A stretch of 63,698 nt of DNA, counting the filler, from Nemertoderma westbladi (taxonomy: Eukaryota > Animalia > Xenacoelomorpha): NCBI GenBank assembly GCA_032718475.1. It is 3 parts of 3 records of this genome, joined end to end, with 100 filler letters (N's around TTAATTAATTAA, not from the genome) between each part and the next. Parts side by side here need not be neighbours in the genome. Positions count along the whole stretch, not along the records: positions 47,330 to 63,698 come from JAUCBJ010001242.1; 2 more parts are not named here. One strand, 5' to 3'. The notes beneath the pieces were generated by a model. That model searched no databases. It was not told the origin of the DNA and saw only the letters and a program-made list of their open reading frames with translations. Of this stretch, positions 52,150 through 62,361 are shown piece after piece; position 1 is the stretch's first letter, and each line of letters starts with the position of its first letter. The translations under genes were made by a program, and so were the position numbers.

Positions 52150-52560
52150 CATTTGATAGATGGGAAACAATACTGACTGCGAACGATCCAAAAACAATTT
52201 GGCGACCCATTGATTGGAAAGGTAATCTAAAGGAGCAACATACTGTGGATGAAACCTCGGACAGTGAATTCAAAAACCACTATGAGAAACTCCTAAACCC
52301 GGGTGGGACTTGTAGTGCGGAAGACGAAAGGAATTTGTTAAATGATATATCTAACTCACCGAGTATTAGCTAGCAGAAACTTGCTGAAATGTTTGCAACT
52401 GTGAAATGTAACAAGGGATGTGCGGGTGTTAGCTTAGGTTTATTAACGTGCCTCCCTGGTAACTGGTTACTTTTGTTACTTAGTGTATTTAATTGCGTTT
52501 TCCAATCAAACTCGGTTTCCGTTGGATTGGGGATAGAGTAAACTTGTAAGTATTTGTAAC
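52150..52560 (+). mobile_element. Degenerate non-LTR ORF2 fragment
   Basis: DPKTIWRPIDWKGNL...SDSEFKNHYEKLLNP, followed by stops and frameshifts. Confidence 0.5.
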
Positions 52561-52789
52561 GTCAAAGGCAGTCTAATGGCGCGTGCAGAGGAAGACTTTG
52601 CTGGGACAGGTATTAGACTAACTAGGATCTGTGATTGGTTCTAGTCAGGCATGTGCAGAATATCTAGATAGCAAGATCAAACAACTGGATGGGGAGATTG
52701 ACACACTCCGCAACTTTGCAGTCACAGCACCTCATTTAGCTTATAGCTGTTTCGTAGTTGGTTAACAATCTAAGTTTACATTTCTTGCC

Positions 52790-53800
52790 CGGACCACTCC
52801 TGGCTCCACCCAATTAATGGATAGAGCAGAGGACCGGATAAATAATAATCCAACCCCAACTCTAATAGGTCGAGCATCACCGGGGGTTGAGGAACGCGAA
52901 TCACTGTCCGTAAGAGAGGGCGGGCTGGCACTACTGCAGCCAAGAGATTACAGTGATTGTCTGGAGAGTTCAGTGAGAATGTGCGAACCACTCAAATCTG
53001 TTTGTAACAATCAACCACGTAAAGAACAGCACCTCATCATGAGGGATCTGAAAAAAGAGAAAGAAGTGAAGGTACAAGAAATGTGCCAGGATTTGGACAG
53101 GAGAATGGATGATAGTTCTATCCAATCCGCAAGTATGGATATTCCCTACACAAACAAGCTTTTCGGGATACCATATGACTGCGATTTGGCTGGACACCAC
53201 CAAAATTACCTCCTTTCTGTTCTTGCGGCTCGATATTCACTTTATCAAACAGTCTACATTGCCCGACAGGGGGATATCCGACACTAGGTCATAATGACAT
53301 TCGAGACTTATTGGCTGAGTTGCTAAATGAAGTCGCTTGGGACATTGAGGTCGAGCCCTCACTGCAACCAGTTGATGGAGAGGTCTTCAATCTTAGAAGC
53401 ACCTCAACGGCAAATGAAGCAAGGTTAGACATTACGGCTAGCGGTGTTTGGGGGGGCTGCTTTGAGAGGGTTTTTATAAACGTAAAGGTATTTAACCCAG
53501 TTTGCCCATCAAATCCGCGAAATATTAACTCTGCCTATCGCCATCATGAACAGGGGAAACGACGTAAGTATGAACAAAGACTTCAGAAGTCGAACATTCC
53601 TCTTTCTGCCCATTTGTCATGGCAGCCACAGGAGGATGTGCAAGAAGTGCGAATGCATTAATAAGCCGTCTGGCACATCTTCTTTCGGAGAAACGAGATT
53701 CGCCATACTCAACCACCATAACAATGGTGCGAACCAGGTTGATCTTTTCGCTCGTAAGATCAGCCATAATGTGTCTCAGATGAGCACGCGGACCAAAGAA
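52790..53800 (+). mobile_element. CRE-clade non-LTR retrotransposon remnant (restriction-like endonuclease region)
   Basis: RHNDIRDLLAELL...VEPSLQP...EARLDITASGVW...VKVFNP...HEQGKRRKY; frameshifted. Confidence 0.8.
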
Positions 53801-54157
53801 ACGACGATTTAACCCAACGCCAATTAGAGAAACCGGGGTAATCTGCGAGGTAGCCGAGGCGAGGACGGGCTTGTTTGAGGATGCAGGGCCGCGTAGAAAC
53901 GTTGGAACACGCTCTTGCTGAGACAGCTTATGTGGATTAGGGGAGTTAGGTGCTTTGAGTAGCGGTGTAGCCGATGCTGAGACTGATATAAACTTTATAA
54001 ATTGTATTTAATATCTAAGTTCATACTAGTTCTAAGTTTACACTAGTGTTCAAGTTGAATTAATAAATTTTAATAATTGATAATAATTAAATGGTTGTAG
54101 CACTGTAACTATTTTAAATCTGGCTCCATAAATTATTGTAACACTACGCTCGTGAGT

Positions 54158-54171
54158 CCGCCAGGGGGCGC
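54158..54171 (+). promoter_or_regulatory. CTCF-like motif
   Basis: CCGCCAGGGGGCGC vs consensus CCA(C/G)CAG(A/G)(G/T)GGCGC; motif match only. Confidence 0.35.
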
Positions 54172-54847
54172 CAACTAAGTGTAATCAACTTCTATTATAG
54201 TATGATTGTGAGCGTATTCAATTCCGCCACATCAACCCCCATAAAGTGGGAAAGAGCGCCTTAAGCAATATTGGGAACACGAGGTTGATTGCCAATCAAC
54301 CTCGTGTCACCCCAATGAGATGGGGACGGGAAACCCCAGAGGACATACGCACAATGGGGGTCAGAGGTTACACCTCCGAGAGGGAGAGAGTGACAGCAGC
54401 AAAGGGGAGAACACTCCCAGGGAGATGAGGGTGACAAGTGAGTTATTAGCCAATGGGGGGAAGGCATCGGCTGAGTAGTGTAATGCGGCCAACTGGTGCA
54501 ATATATTACCAGTAACCATGTTATTCATTCACTCATTAGCTAGCCAGTTCAGTTAGGGTAGGACGGCAACTTTTATTACCATTCAGCCGTTTATTCATTC
54601 ATGTTGTCTGTATACTGCAATTACTAACTGCATTCACTATAACTGTGCTTATACTTTATACCATTTTATATTATATACATACCGAATGATTAACAACAGG
54701 AACTCTAACAAACTCTTTTCACACGGCGGGATGCGTAAATAAACCTAACCACCGGATAAACCGGGATCCTCTATCTGATCCCGTCACAGTAATAAAATCC
54801 AGCTGCCCGAAACTGAACTGAAGTGATAAGACCGAGCAGCTACCCTA

Positions 54848-56335
54848 GTGACAAGACCAGACTCTAACCGACGAAGTAAAGTAAAGATGAGTCGAGAAGG
54901 AGAAACGACACCGCCGCGGACCCCGGACGGCGACCTAACGATCCGCGAGGCCGCGACGCGATGGTATAGACCCACGATGCCGGATCCATCGATAATAGGT
55001 GATTCGGCAATCCAAGAGGAGGGGGGCCATCTACAACGAGAGACCGAGTCGAGAGAAGGGAGAGACGAGTCGAGAGAAGGGAGAGACGAGTTGGGAGGAG
55101 AGAGAGACGAGTCGACACACAGCGGCAGTCGACGTGCCGATGTCGCCGGCCAGCCACAGGCCGAGGGCGACGGACGGCCCACCAGAACGGCAACGGTGGA
55201 GTCACCGGTACGACGCCGGACCCGGAGGGATAAAGGAGATGTCGGCGACGAGGACGTCGGGGTCAGCGACCGGCTCCGACGAGCCTACGCCGTGACCCGA
55301 AAGCAGTTGAGAGAGGCCAAAGGAGGGGCGAAGATAGACGAGGTGAGATTGAGGAAACGACTAGGTGAGTCGAACAGACATTTTGATTACCTAATGCGTT
55401 TTGGGCAGGGAGAACTAGCCGACGAGAGAGCGAAAGGGGTTGCCAGCGAACTGTTTGAACTATGGGAATTTAGGGGTATGGAACCTAGCGTAGTGTACGT
55501 AGGGCCATACTTAGTCGATGCCCGGGGAGTAAAATTAGTGGGTTGGAAGAGACCTGAGGAGGGCGAATCCGAGGTTAAACCCGAGGATTCGGTCTCGTCG
55601 GTTGGAGGAAGTTCCGGGAGGCGGGGGAAAGTTAGTAGGACGGGAAGGCGACAGGAGTCCGTCATGACCGATAAGTCTGCTACATCCTCCGCGAAAGAAA
55701 GAAGAGTGCGGGCAATAGATCTGGCGTGCCAACTCGATCTGGCGGCGCTAGACCAGAGAGAATTAGTGAGACAGTTAGAGGAAGAGAGTGCATTAATAGA
55801 GCAGGAGAAAGAGCTGGTTAGAGAGAACAAAGAGAGGGCCGAGAGGGCTGCGAGAAGCTTTAGGGAGTGCGAGGAAATAGGGAGGACGGAAAGGAAGGAG
55901 CAAGAAGGGCGCGAGGCAGAGCGTGAGGCGGAACGTAAAGAGCGTGAGGCGGAACGTAAAGAGCGCGAGGCAGAGCGTGAGGCGGAACGTAAAGAGCGCG
56001 AGGCAGAGCGTGAGGCGGAACGTAAAGAGCGCGAGGTGAGTGTGGATAACGAGCGAAAAGAGCGCGAGGCGAGACGACTGGAGAGAGTTGCGAGAGAGGC
56101 AGAGTTAGCCGATCAGAATTCACGAGAGGGCAGAGAGAGGGAGAGTGAGAGAAAACGTGTGCGGGATGGTATGCATGCCCGGCTAAAGGGGCTTATGCAG
56201 TATCAGGCGAAACAGAAACGCCGACTAGAACTGGCGCAGATGGGGCTGTCAGAGAGCGAGACTGGCTCGAGTATTTATGAGGAGCCAAGGGCTGTGAAAA
56301 CGTTTATTAGTACCCCACTTACAGGGACCGCATGA
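54848..56335 (+). CDS. BEL element N-terminal Gag-associated coiled-coil ORF segment
   Basis: 495-codon ORF with E/R-rich coiled coil; its continuation is broken by a TGA and poly-G frameshifts. Confidence 0.55.
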   Translation: MTRPDSNRRSKVKMSREGETTPPRTPDGDLTIREAATRWYRPTMPDPSIIGDSAIQEEGGHLQRETESREGRDESREGRDELGGERDESTHSGSRRADVAGQPQAEGDGRPTRTATVESPVRRRTRRDKGDVGDEDVGVSDRLRRAYAVTRKQLREAKGGAKIDEVRLRKRLGESNRHFDYLMRFGQGELADERAKGVASELFELWEFRGMEPSVVYVGPYLVDARGVKLVGWKRPEEGESEVKPEDSVSSVGGSSGRRGKVSRTGRRQESVMTDKSATSSAKERRVRAIDLACQLDLAALDQRELVRQLEEESALIEQEKELVRENKERAERAARSFRECEEIGRTERKEQEGREAEREAERKEREAERKEREAEREAERKEREAEREAERKEREVSVDNERKEREARRLERVAREAELADQNSREGRERESERKRVRDGMHARLKGLMQYQAKQKRRLELAQMGLSESETGSSIYEEPRAVKTFISTPLTGTA

Positions 56336-57976
56336 CAGACCCAAGACTGGTGTGACCGTACGGGCGGGGGGGTAATGATACAGTAGATAACGTTAATATT
56401 AATAGTACCGTATTGGATAATTCTAATCAAACTTTCATTGCAGCAAATAATATTTTACCTGGTAGTAGTAATTTAGATTTAAATCCGAATAGTCCTAATT
56501 CAAATAATATAAATTTACAAAATAATTCAAATAATATAAATACGCAAAATAATCCGAATAATTTAAATTTAAATATACAGAATAATTCAAATAATTTGAA
56601 TAATTTAGAAAATAATAATATTAACAACGGGGCTATTAATACTAATGTAGGAGACACAGGTAGTCCGGCCAATGGTAGCCTGCAAGGCAACGCAGTTAGT
56701 GCGCAGAGAGTAGCGGGGGGCGAGAGACCCCAATGAGGGCCTGGTAGGCCACGTAGTTAGTAGGCAGGAAGTAGAGGGCCTGGTAGGCCACACAATAGCA
56801 GAGAGAGAAGCGGGGGTGAATAGACCGAGCCGCAGTAGGGTTAGTGTGTCGACTAGAGAGGGGTATAGTAGTGGAGTAAGAGATAGTGAAGTTAGATGTG
56901 GCGAGTGAGGGGGGGGGGGGGCTAAGGGCGCCCCACCACGGAAGATTAGTGGCGAGAGAGGGGGGGCAGAGAATGCCCCACAAGAGGGGTATAGAAGTGT
57001 AGTAAGAGATAGTGAAGTTAGAAGTAGCGGGTGGGGGGGGGGGGGGCTACGGGCACCCCACCGCGAGAGATTAGTGGCGAGTGAGGGGGGGTAGAAAATG
57101 CCCGACAAGAGGGACGCAGAAGTGTAGTAAGAGATAGTGAAGTTAGAAGTAGCGGGTGGGGGGGGCTATGGGTGCCCCACCGCGAGAGATTAGTAGAGAG
57201 AGAGGGGGGGCAGAGAATGTCCCACAGGCGTTGCCGGATAATGCGCGGGGCAAGTTAGGTGAACCGCAGCACCCGACGATGGAGAATAGTAGGGGGATGA
57301 CGAGTATCCCCAGGAAGGTCCAACCGGACAGAGTAGAGTCAGATGTTAGCGCCGAGAGTAGATTAGTAGAGTTTAGCCGAGAGGTCGAAGATAGAAGAAG
57401 ATTAGTAGAGTTTAACAGAGGGGTCGAAGAGAGAAGAAGTGAAGATAATAGAAGAGTCGTTGCTAGGAGCAACCAGAGAGCAAGGACGGATAACGAGCCG
57501 TCGATAGTAGAGATGCGGTTAGGGAGTCAGTGGGGTCGAACTTCGGGAGATTGCCGTCGCCCCGGAGAAACGCACCGCACGTCAGGAGAGCGGTACATGA
57601 TGTACCGATACGAAGACGAGAGCAGGATAGGGGATCGAAGAGAAACTTCCCGACGGGATATAGCTGCCGATCGAGAGTACGGTAGTTGCGGGGAGATTCA
57701 AGATTCGCGAAGAATAAACTTCGATTCGGAAGGGCACATGCAGACTGCAGGACATACTGTAGGCCTTACTGCACATACTATTATAGGCCATGCTGGGAGA
57801 GATAGAGTAGGCGATAGGGTAGCGCGGACGACGGGATTAAACCCGGAAGTCGCGGAGTACATACCGGTAGGTAGGCGAGAAGTAGATAGGCCTATATCGG
57901 TACCGGCACAGCAGCATGACTATAATACACAGGGACATAACATATATCCAGGGGAGGGGAGAGTTATTGTAGATAG

Positions 57977-59341
57977 ATGTATGGGCCCCAAAATATTTAC
58001 ATCAACCCCAGTACCAAACATACCGGTGGGGGGGGGGGGGGGGGACAGGGTGACATTCCCCCATTACAATATCAACAATATACTCAAACAGCAACGAGAA
58101 CACCGAACCCCCTGGACGAGAACAGGTCGTGCGACACGGAAATATGGAGGGGGCGGTTACCCCCAATGATATATCCGACGCAACAAACAAGATCAACAGC
58201 AGATAGGACGAACGGATCGCACCCAACAGGAGAGTCTGTACAGCATCCCTCGAACCCATTGGAAGCACAAGCAATGGGAATGGCGACGCTAATCGATGCA
58301 TTAAAGACCAGGATCGAGTTACCACCAGTCGAGCCATTTAAATTCGACGGAAGTAGGCCGGAAGAATACCTGCAATTCCGACGCATGTACAGCAACGAGA
58401 TATTAAGTAAGAACCTGATGCAGGCGGAGTGCCTAAAATATCTACAAGTGTATACAGAAGGCCCAGCATACGACATCGTGAGGCAGTACCAGGGCATCGA
58501 GGGCGGCTTCACGACTGCATGGCGGGCGCTAGACAGGGAATACGGACACCCGGCCAAGATCATCCGGCAAACCCTGAGAGGTATAACATCGGGTGGCCTA
58601 CAGGACAACCCCGTTATCATAAAGACCTTTGCGAACAAGGTCGAGAAGGCGTTAATCGTGTTAAAGACGCTAGACGCGCCATACGAACTCAACACATCTA
58701 ATAACATCACCACGATAGCGCAGGCACTGCCGATCTGGCTGTGGAGCAAGTGGAGGAAGATCGCCTTCTCCACTCGAGAGAAGAAAGGTGCGGAGCCGGG
58801 GCTGGAGGAAATGTCAAACTTCCTCAACTACGAAGCCGAGTTGATAACAGACCCAGTCTATAGTGAGGATAGTTTGGGGAAGGCACCAAAGACCGAATAC
58901 AACAGGCCTAAACCCGAACACAATCCTGCAGATCCATTCCTGAGAGTAAGACAGTCGCTACCACACGCGGCCACACAGGGGGCTACAAGCCCACAGTTAG
59001 CTGGGAGTAGGGTCACACCGTGGCAGGGACAGAAAGAAAATAACACCATAAATAAACATAATCCCAACATACCCAGTAGGCCGAGTACAGACAACCAAAA
59101 CACTAAATCGGTAGATATAAGCCTACGCGCGATACGTGAAGGACTATATAGGGAACGCTATAATACAGGATTCGAATGTCAACTACATCGGGATGGAACC
59201 CATAAGACCATGAGTTGTAAGCACTGGCAAGCGTTGCCCAAACAAGATCGTATAGCCTACACAGACACAAATGGACTATGTCATCGATGTGTGGTAGAAG
59301 GACACAGGTCTGGAGAGTGTAGAGAGACAGGAGATAACTAG
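57977..59341 (+). CDS. gag: BEL Gag core (DUF1759-like) with zinc knuckles
   Basis: LPPVEPFKFDGSRPEEYLQF...CLKYLQVYTEGPA...LDREYG; CQLHRDGTHKTMSC; CHRCVVEGHRSGEC. Confidence 0.85.
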   Translation: MYGPQNIYINPSTKHTGGGGGGGQGDIPPLQYQQYTQTATRTPNPLDENRSCDTEIWRGRLPPMIYPTQQTRSTADRTNGSHPTGESVQHPSNPLEAQAMGMATLIDALKTRIELPPVEPFKFDGSRPEEYLQFRRMYSNEILSKNLMQAECLKYLQVYTEGPAYDIVRQYQGIEGGFTTAWRALDREYGHPAKIIRQTLRGITSGGLQDNPVIIKTFANKVEKALIVLKTLDAPYELNTSNNITTIAQALPIWLWSKWRKIAFSTREKKGAEPGLEEMSNFLNYEAELITDPVYSEDSLGKAPKTEYNRPKPEHNPADPFLRVRQSLPHAATQGATSPQLAGSRVTPWQGQKENNTINKHNPNIPSRPSTDNQNTKSVDISLRAIREGLYRERYNTGFECQLHRDGTHKTMSCKHWQALPKQDRIAYTDTNGLCHRCVVEGHRSGECRETGDN

Positions 59342-59356
59342 ACTGGAGGCCAAACA

Positions 59357-60523
59357 ATGGCTACAAGCACGACAGTGGCAAGAAAGAAGAGAAAAGTACT
59401 ACTCGGGGTAGTACCAGTAAAGATATCAGGAGAGGGTGGTCGATCAGTAACGACATTAATGCTGGTCGACAGCGGAGCAGCCTTCACGCTGGTGGAGAAC
59501 TGGGTGGGCGAAGAGATAGGGCTAAAGACAAGGCCGAATAGAATGGCGGTAACTACCGTCTCAAGTAAAGATGAGGTCCTGGAGATGAGGACGGGACAGT
59601 GCAGGATATCAGCGATTGCACCGGGATGCGACTATGGGGCGACGATCGACCCCATCCACGTCATAGAATCGATAAATATCAACGCCAGGCGACCAACCAA
59701 CATCGAAGTCGAACAATATACATTCCTGGACGGCATCGATTTCTCAATACCAGAGGTGGACGTTAGGAAGGTATCCATTATAGTAGGAATGGACTGCCCG
59801 ACGGCCCACGAGAGAACAAAGACGGTCTTCGGCGAAGACAGGCAGCAGGACCCGACGGCGATCCTCACGCCATTCGGATGGACGCTTAGCGTCCCAGTTA
59901 AAACCAAGATCCCATGCAGTGTGACAGAGACATCAGGGTGCATGTTACCAGGCACCGTAGATGCAGAGGACGAAGAGGAGAAACAGGAGATAGTAGAGCC
60001 AGACAGGGAAGTAACAGTAAGAGAGTGGGCGGAGGAGAATAGATTTCCCAGCAAGTATCGGTATGGGGACGGAGAGGAGCGGACGGCGAGATGTCCGGAG
60101 GACAAACCGGAGGAGTGTCCGGTGGAGTGTCAGGAGGACAATAGTCCGGAGGAGTGTCCAGAGGAGTGTCCAGAGGGGTGTCCGGAAGAGACGCCGGTCC
60201 GGTTGAGAGGCATACCAACAAGGGGGAAGTCGAGAAGGAAGACAGGATGGAAAGGGATAGGACTACTATTGTACCTTCTGTTTTGCCTATCCTTTCACTT
60301 TCTATTCATTCTGCCGCCGGGAGATAACAAGGTGGGAGGTGGCATTTTGATGCCAGGGGACGAGATAGTTAAGAAGGCGGCGGAGATACCCGATTTTGGG
60401 GTGGCAGAAGAGGAAGAACCAATTCCTGGTGAGTTGGAATTGGCGAAGAGAGTGTGGCGAATCCTACAGGACCTACAAGAGCAGCAGTGGGAGAGTGCCT
60501 GTTGGAAGAATCGCCCTAGTTAG
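59357..60523 (+). CDS. BEL aspartic protease with diverged C-terminal extension
   Basis: VLLGVVPVKI...LVDSGA...SIIVGMD...TPFGWTL; same frame as gag after a single TAG. Confidence 0.8.
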   Translation: MATSTTVARKKRKVLLGVVPVKISGEGGRSVTTLMLVDSGAAFTLVENWVGEEIGLKTRPNRMAVTTVSSKDEVLEMRTGQCRISAIAPGCDYGATIDPIHVIESININARRPTNIEVEQYTFLDGIDFSIPEVDVRKVSIIVGMDCPTAHERTKTVFGEDRQQDPTAILTPFGWTLSVPVKTKIPCSVTETSGCMLPGTVDAEDEEEKQEIVEPDREVTVREWAEENRFPSKYRYGDGEERTARCPEDKPEECPVECQEDNSPEECPEECPEGCPEETPVRLRGIPTRGKSRRKTGWKGIGLLLYLLFCLSFHFLFILPPGDNKVGGGILMPGDEIVKKAAEIPDFGVAEEEEPIPGELELAKRVWRILQDLQEQQWESACWKNRPS

Positions 60524-60704
60524 GTGAAGTTTAGTCGTCCAATATTTTGGACTGAGGGGGGTGGGAATGAGGGCGAGACGCCCTTCCCACGCATAAAATA
60601 ATTATTTAATTAAAAACAAATAATAAATAATTAAATAATAGTTAGTAGGAGTTAGTAAGAAGAGTTAGTAGGAGTAGTAGTCAGAAAGTTAAGTAGAAGT
60701 TAGG

Positions 60705-61196
60705 TTAGAAGGCGGCGGGGTAAGGGAGTGTGGCATATTGTCATGCCACGAGTAGTAGTAAGAGGGTTGTGGGCACCGGAAGCGCCACGTAGAAAGAAGT
60801 AGTAGAGAGGTTGTGGGCACCGGAAGCGCCACGTAGTCAGAAGAGTTGGTAAGAGTAGCAGAGGGGTTGTGGGCACCCTAAGCGCCACGTAGTTAGAAGT
60901 TAGTAGTTAGAAGGCGGCGGGGTAAGGGAGTGTGGCATATTGTCATGCCACGAGTAGTAGTAAGAGGGTTGTGGGCACCGGAAGCGCCACGTAGAAAGAA
61001 GTAGTAGAGTGGTTGTGGGCACCGGAAGCGCCACGTAGATAGAGGTAGTAGTGGAGGTGGAGATGTAGATAGAGTAGAGTAGTAGAGCGGGCACATAGGG
61101 TGCCAGATAGTAGAGTGGTTGTGGGCACCACAAGTGCCACGTAGACGGAAGTTAGTAGTAAGCAGAGTGGTTGTGGGCACCGCAAGCACCACATAG
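60705..61196 (+). repeat. Interspersed hairpin-motif array in the BEL 3' region
   Basis: Seven copies of a GGTTGTGGGCACCGGAAGCGCCACGTAG-like motif plus related GGCA...TGCC hairpins, separated by purine-rich spacers. Confidence 0.85.
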
Positions 61197-62361
61197 AAAG
61201 TAGTAAGTAGAGTTAGAGTTAGAACAAGAGTTAGTAAGAGTCAGTAGAGTTAGTAGAGAGTTAGAGGGTTTTTAGTTAGAGCTAGTAGAGTTAGGAGTTA
61301 GTTAGAGTTAGAGAGTTAGAAGATAGTTAGATAGTTAGCAAGTTCGACTTTAGATAAGGTAGATAGTATGATAGCACAGGGGTAGCATTAGAGATTAGGG
61401 CCTTAGAGAGTGGTAGAGAGTAGAGAGGAGTATGGAGAGAAGTTAGAGTGCGATTCAGGTATGGGGAGAGAGTAGGAGTGGGGAGAGAGTTAGAGCGGAG
61501 TTAGAGTGGTGAGAGTGTTGGGGAAACAAAAATTGTGTGAGCGTCCACTATCGGCCCGACATGAGACGCCAGAGGGTAGTGACATCATACCCATAGGGAG
61601 CGGCCTGGAAAGCCGACTCCAAGAAAAAATAACTCCACCCCACACCCGATAGTAGATCGAGTTTCCAGCGGAATTGAAGCGCACTTGAGGTTGATGCTAT
61701 CTTCTCACCAGGAAGATAGCATGGGGGGGTGTGAGCGTATTCAATTCCGCCACATCAACCCCCATAAAGTGGGAAAGAGCGCCTTAAGCAATATTGGGAA
61801 CACGAGGTTGATTGCCAATCAACCTCGTGTCACCCCAATGAGATGGGGACGGCAAACCCCAGAGGACATACGCACAATGGGGGTCAGAGGTTACACCTCC
61901 GGGAGGGAGAGAGTGACAGCAGCAAAGGGGAGAACACTCCCAGGGAGATGAGGGTGACAAGTGAATTATTAGCCAATGGGGGGAAGGCATCGGCTGAGTA
62001 GTGTAATGCGGCCAACCGGTGCAATATATTACCAGTAACCGTGTTATTCATTCACTCATTAGCTAGCCAGTTCAGTTAGGGTAGGACGGCAACTTTTATT
62101 ACAGTTCAGCCGTGTATTCATTCATGTTGTCTGTATACTGCAATTACTAACTGCATTCACTATAACTGTGCTTATACTTTATACCATTTTATATTATATA
62201 CATACCGAACGATTAACAACAGGAACTCTAACAAACTCTTTTCACACGGCGGGACGCGTAAATAAACCTAACCACCGGATAAACCGGGATCCTCTATCTG
62301 ATCCCGTCACAATGATAAACATATATTCGTAATATCGTAATGATGGTAAAGTGTCTGTTGG

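Larger units (their letters stand above)
54207..62311 (+). mobile_element. BEL/Pao LTR retrotransposon, non-autonomous (Gag and protease only)
   Basis: 582-bp TG...CA LTRs at 54207-54788 and 61730-62311 (about 10 differences by eye); ATGAT TSD at 54202-54206 and 62312-62316; G-rich PPT before 61730; BEL-type gag and DSG protease. Confidence 0.93.

Noticed and set aside
54246-54467. Short ORFs on both strands inside the BEL LTRs
   Set aside because: By-products of the LTR palindrome, with no domain signal
60250-60320. Hydrophobic segment suggesting an env or membrane protein in the BEL element
   Set aside because: Single short segment with no signal peptide or envelope ectodomain; too little support
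60705-61196. CRISPR-like repeat-spacer array
   Set aside because: Spacers are low-complexity, unequal in length and partly duplicated, and lie within an LTR element; reported as a hairpin array instead
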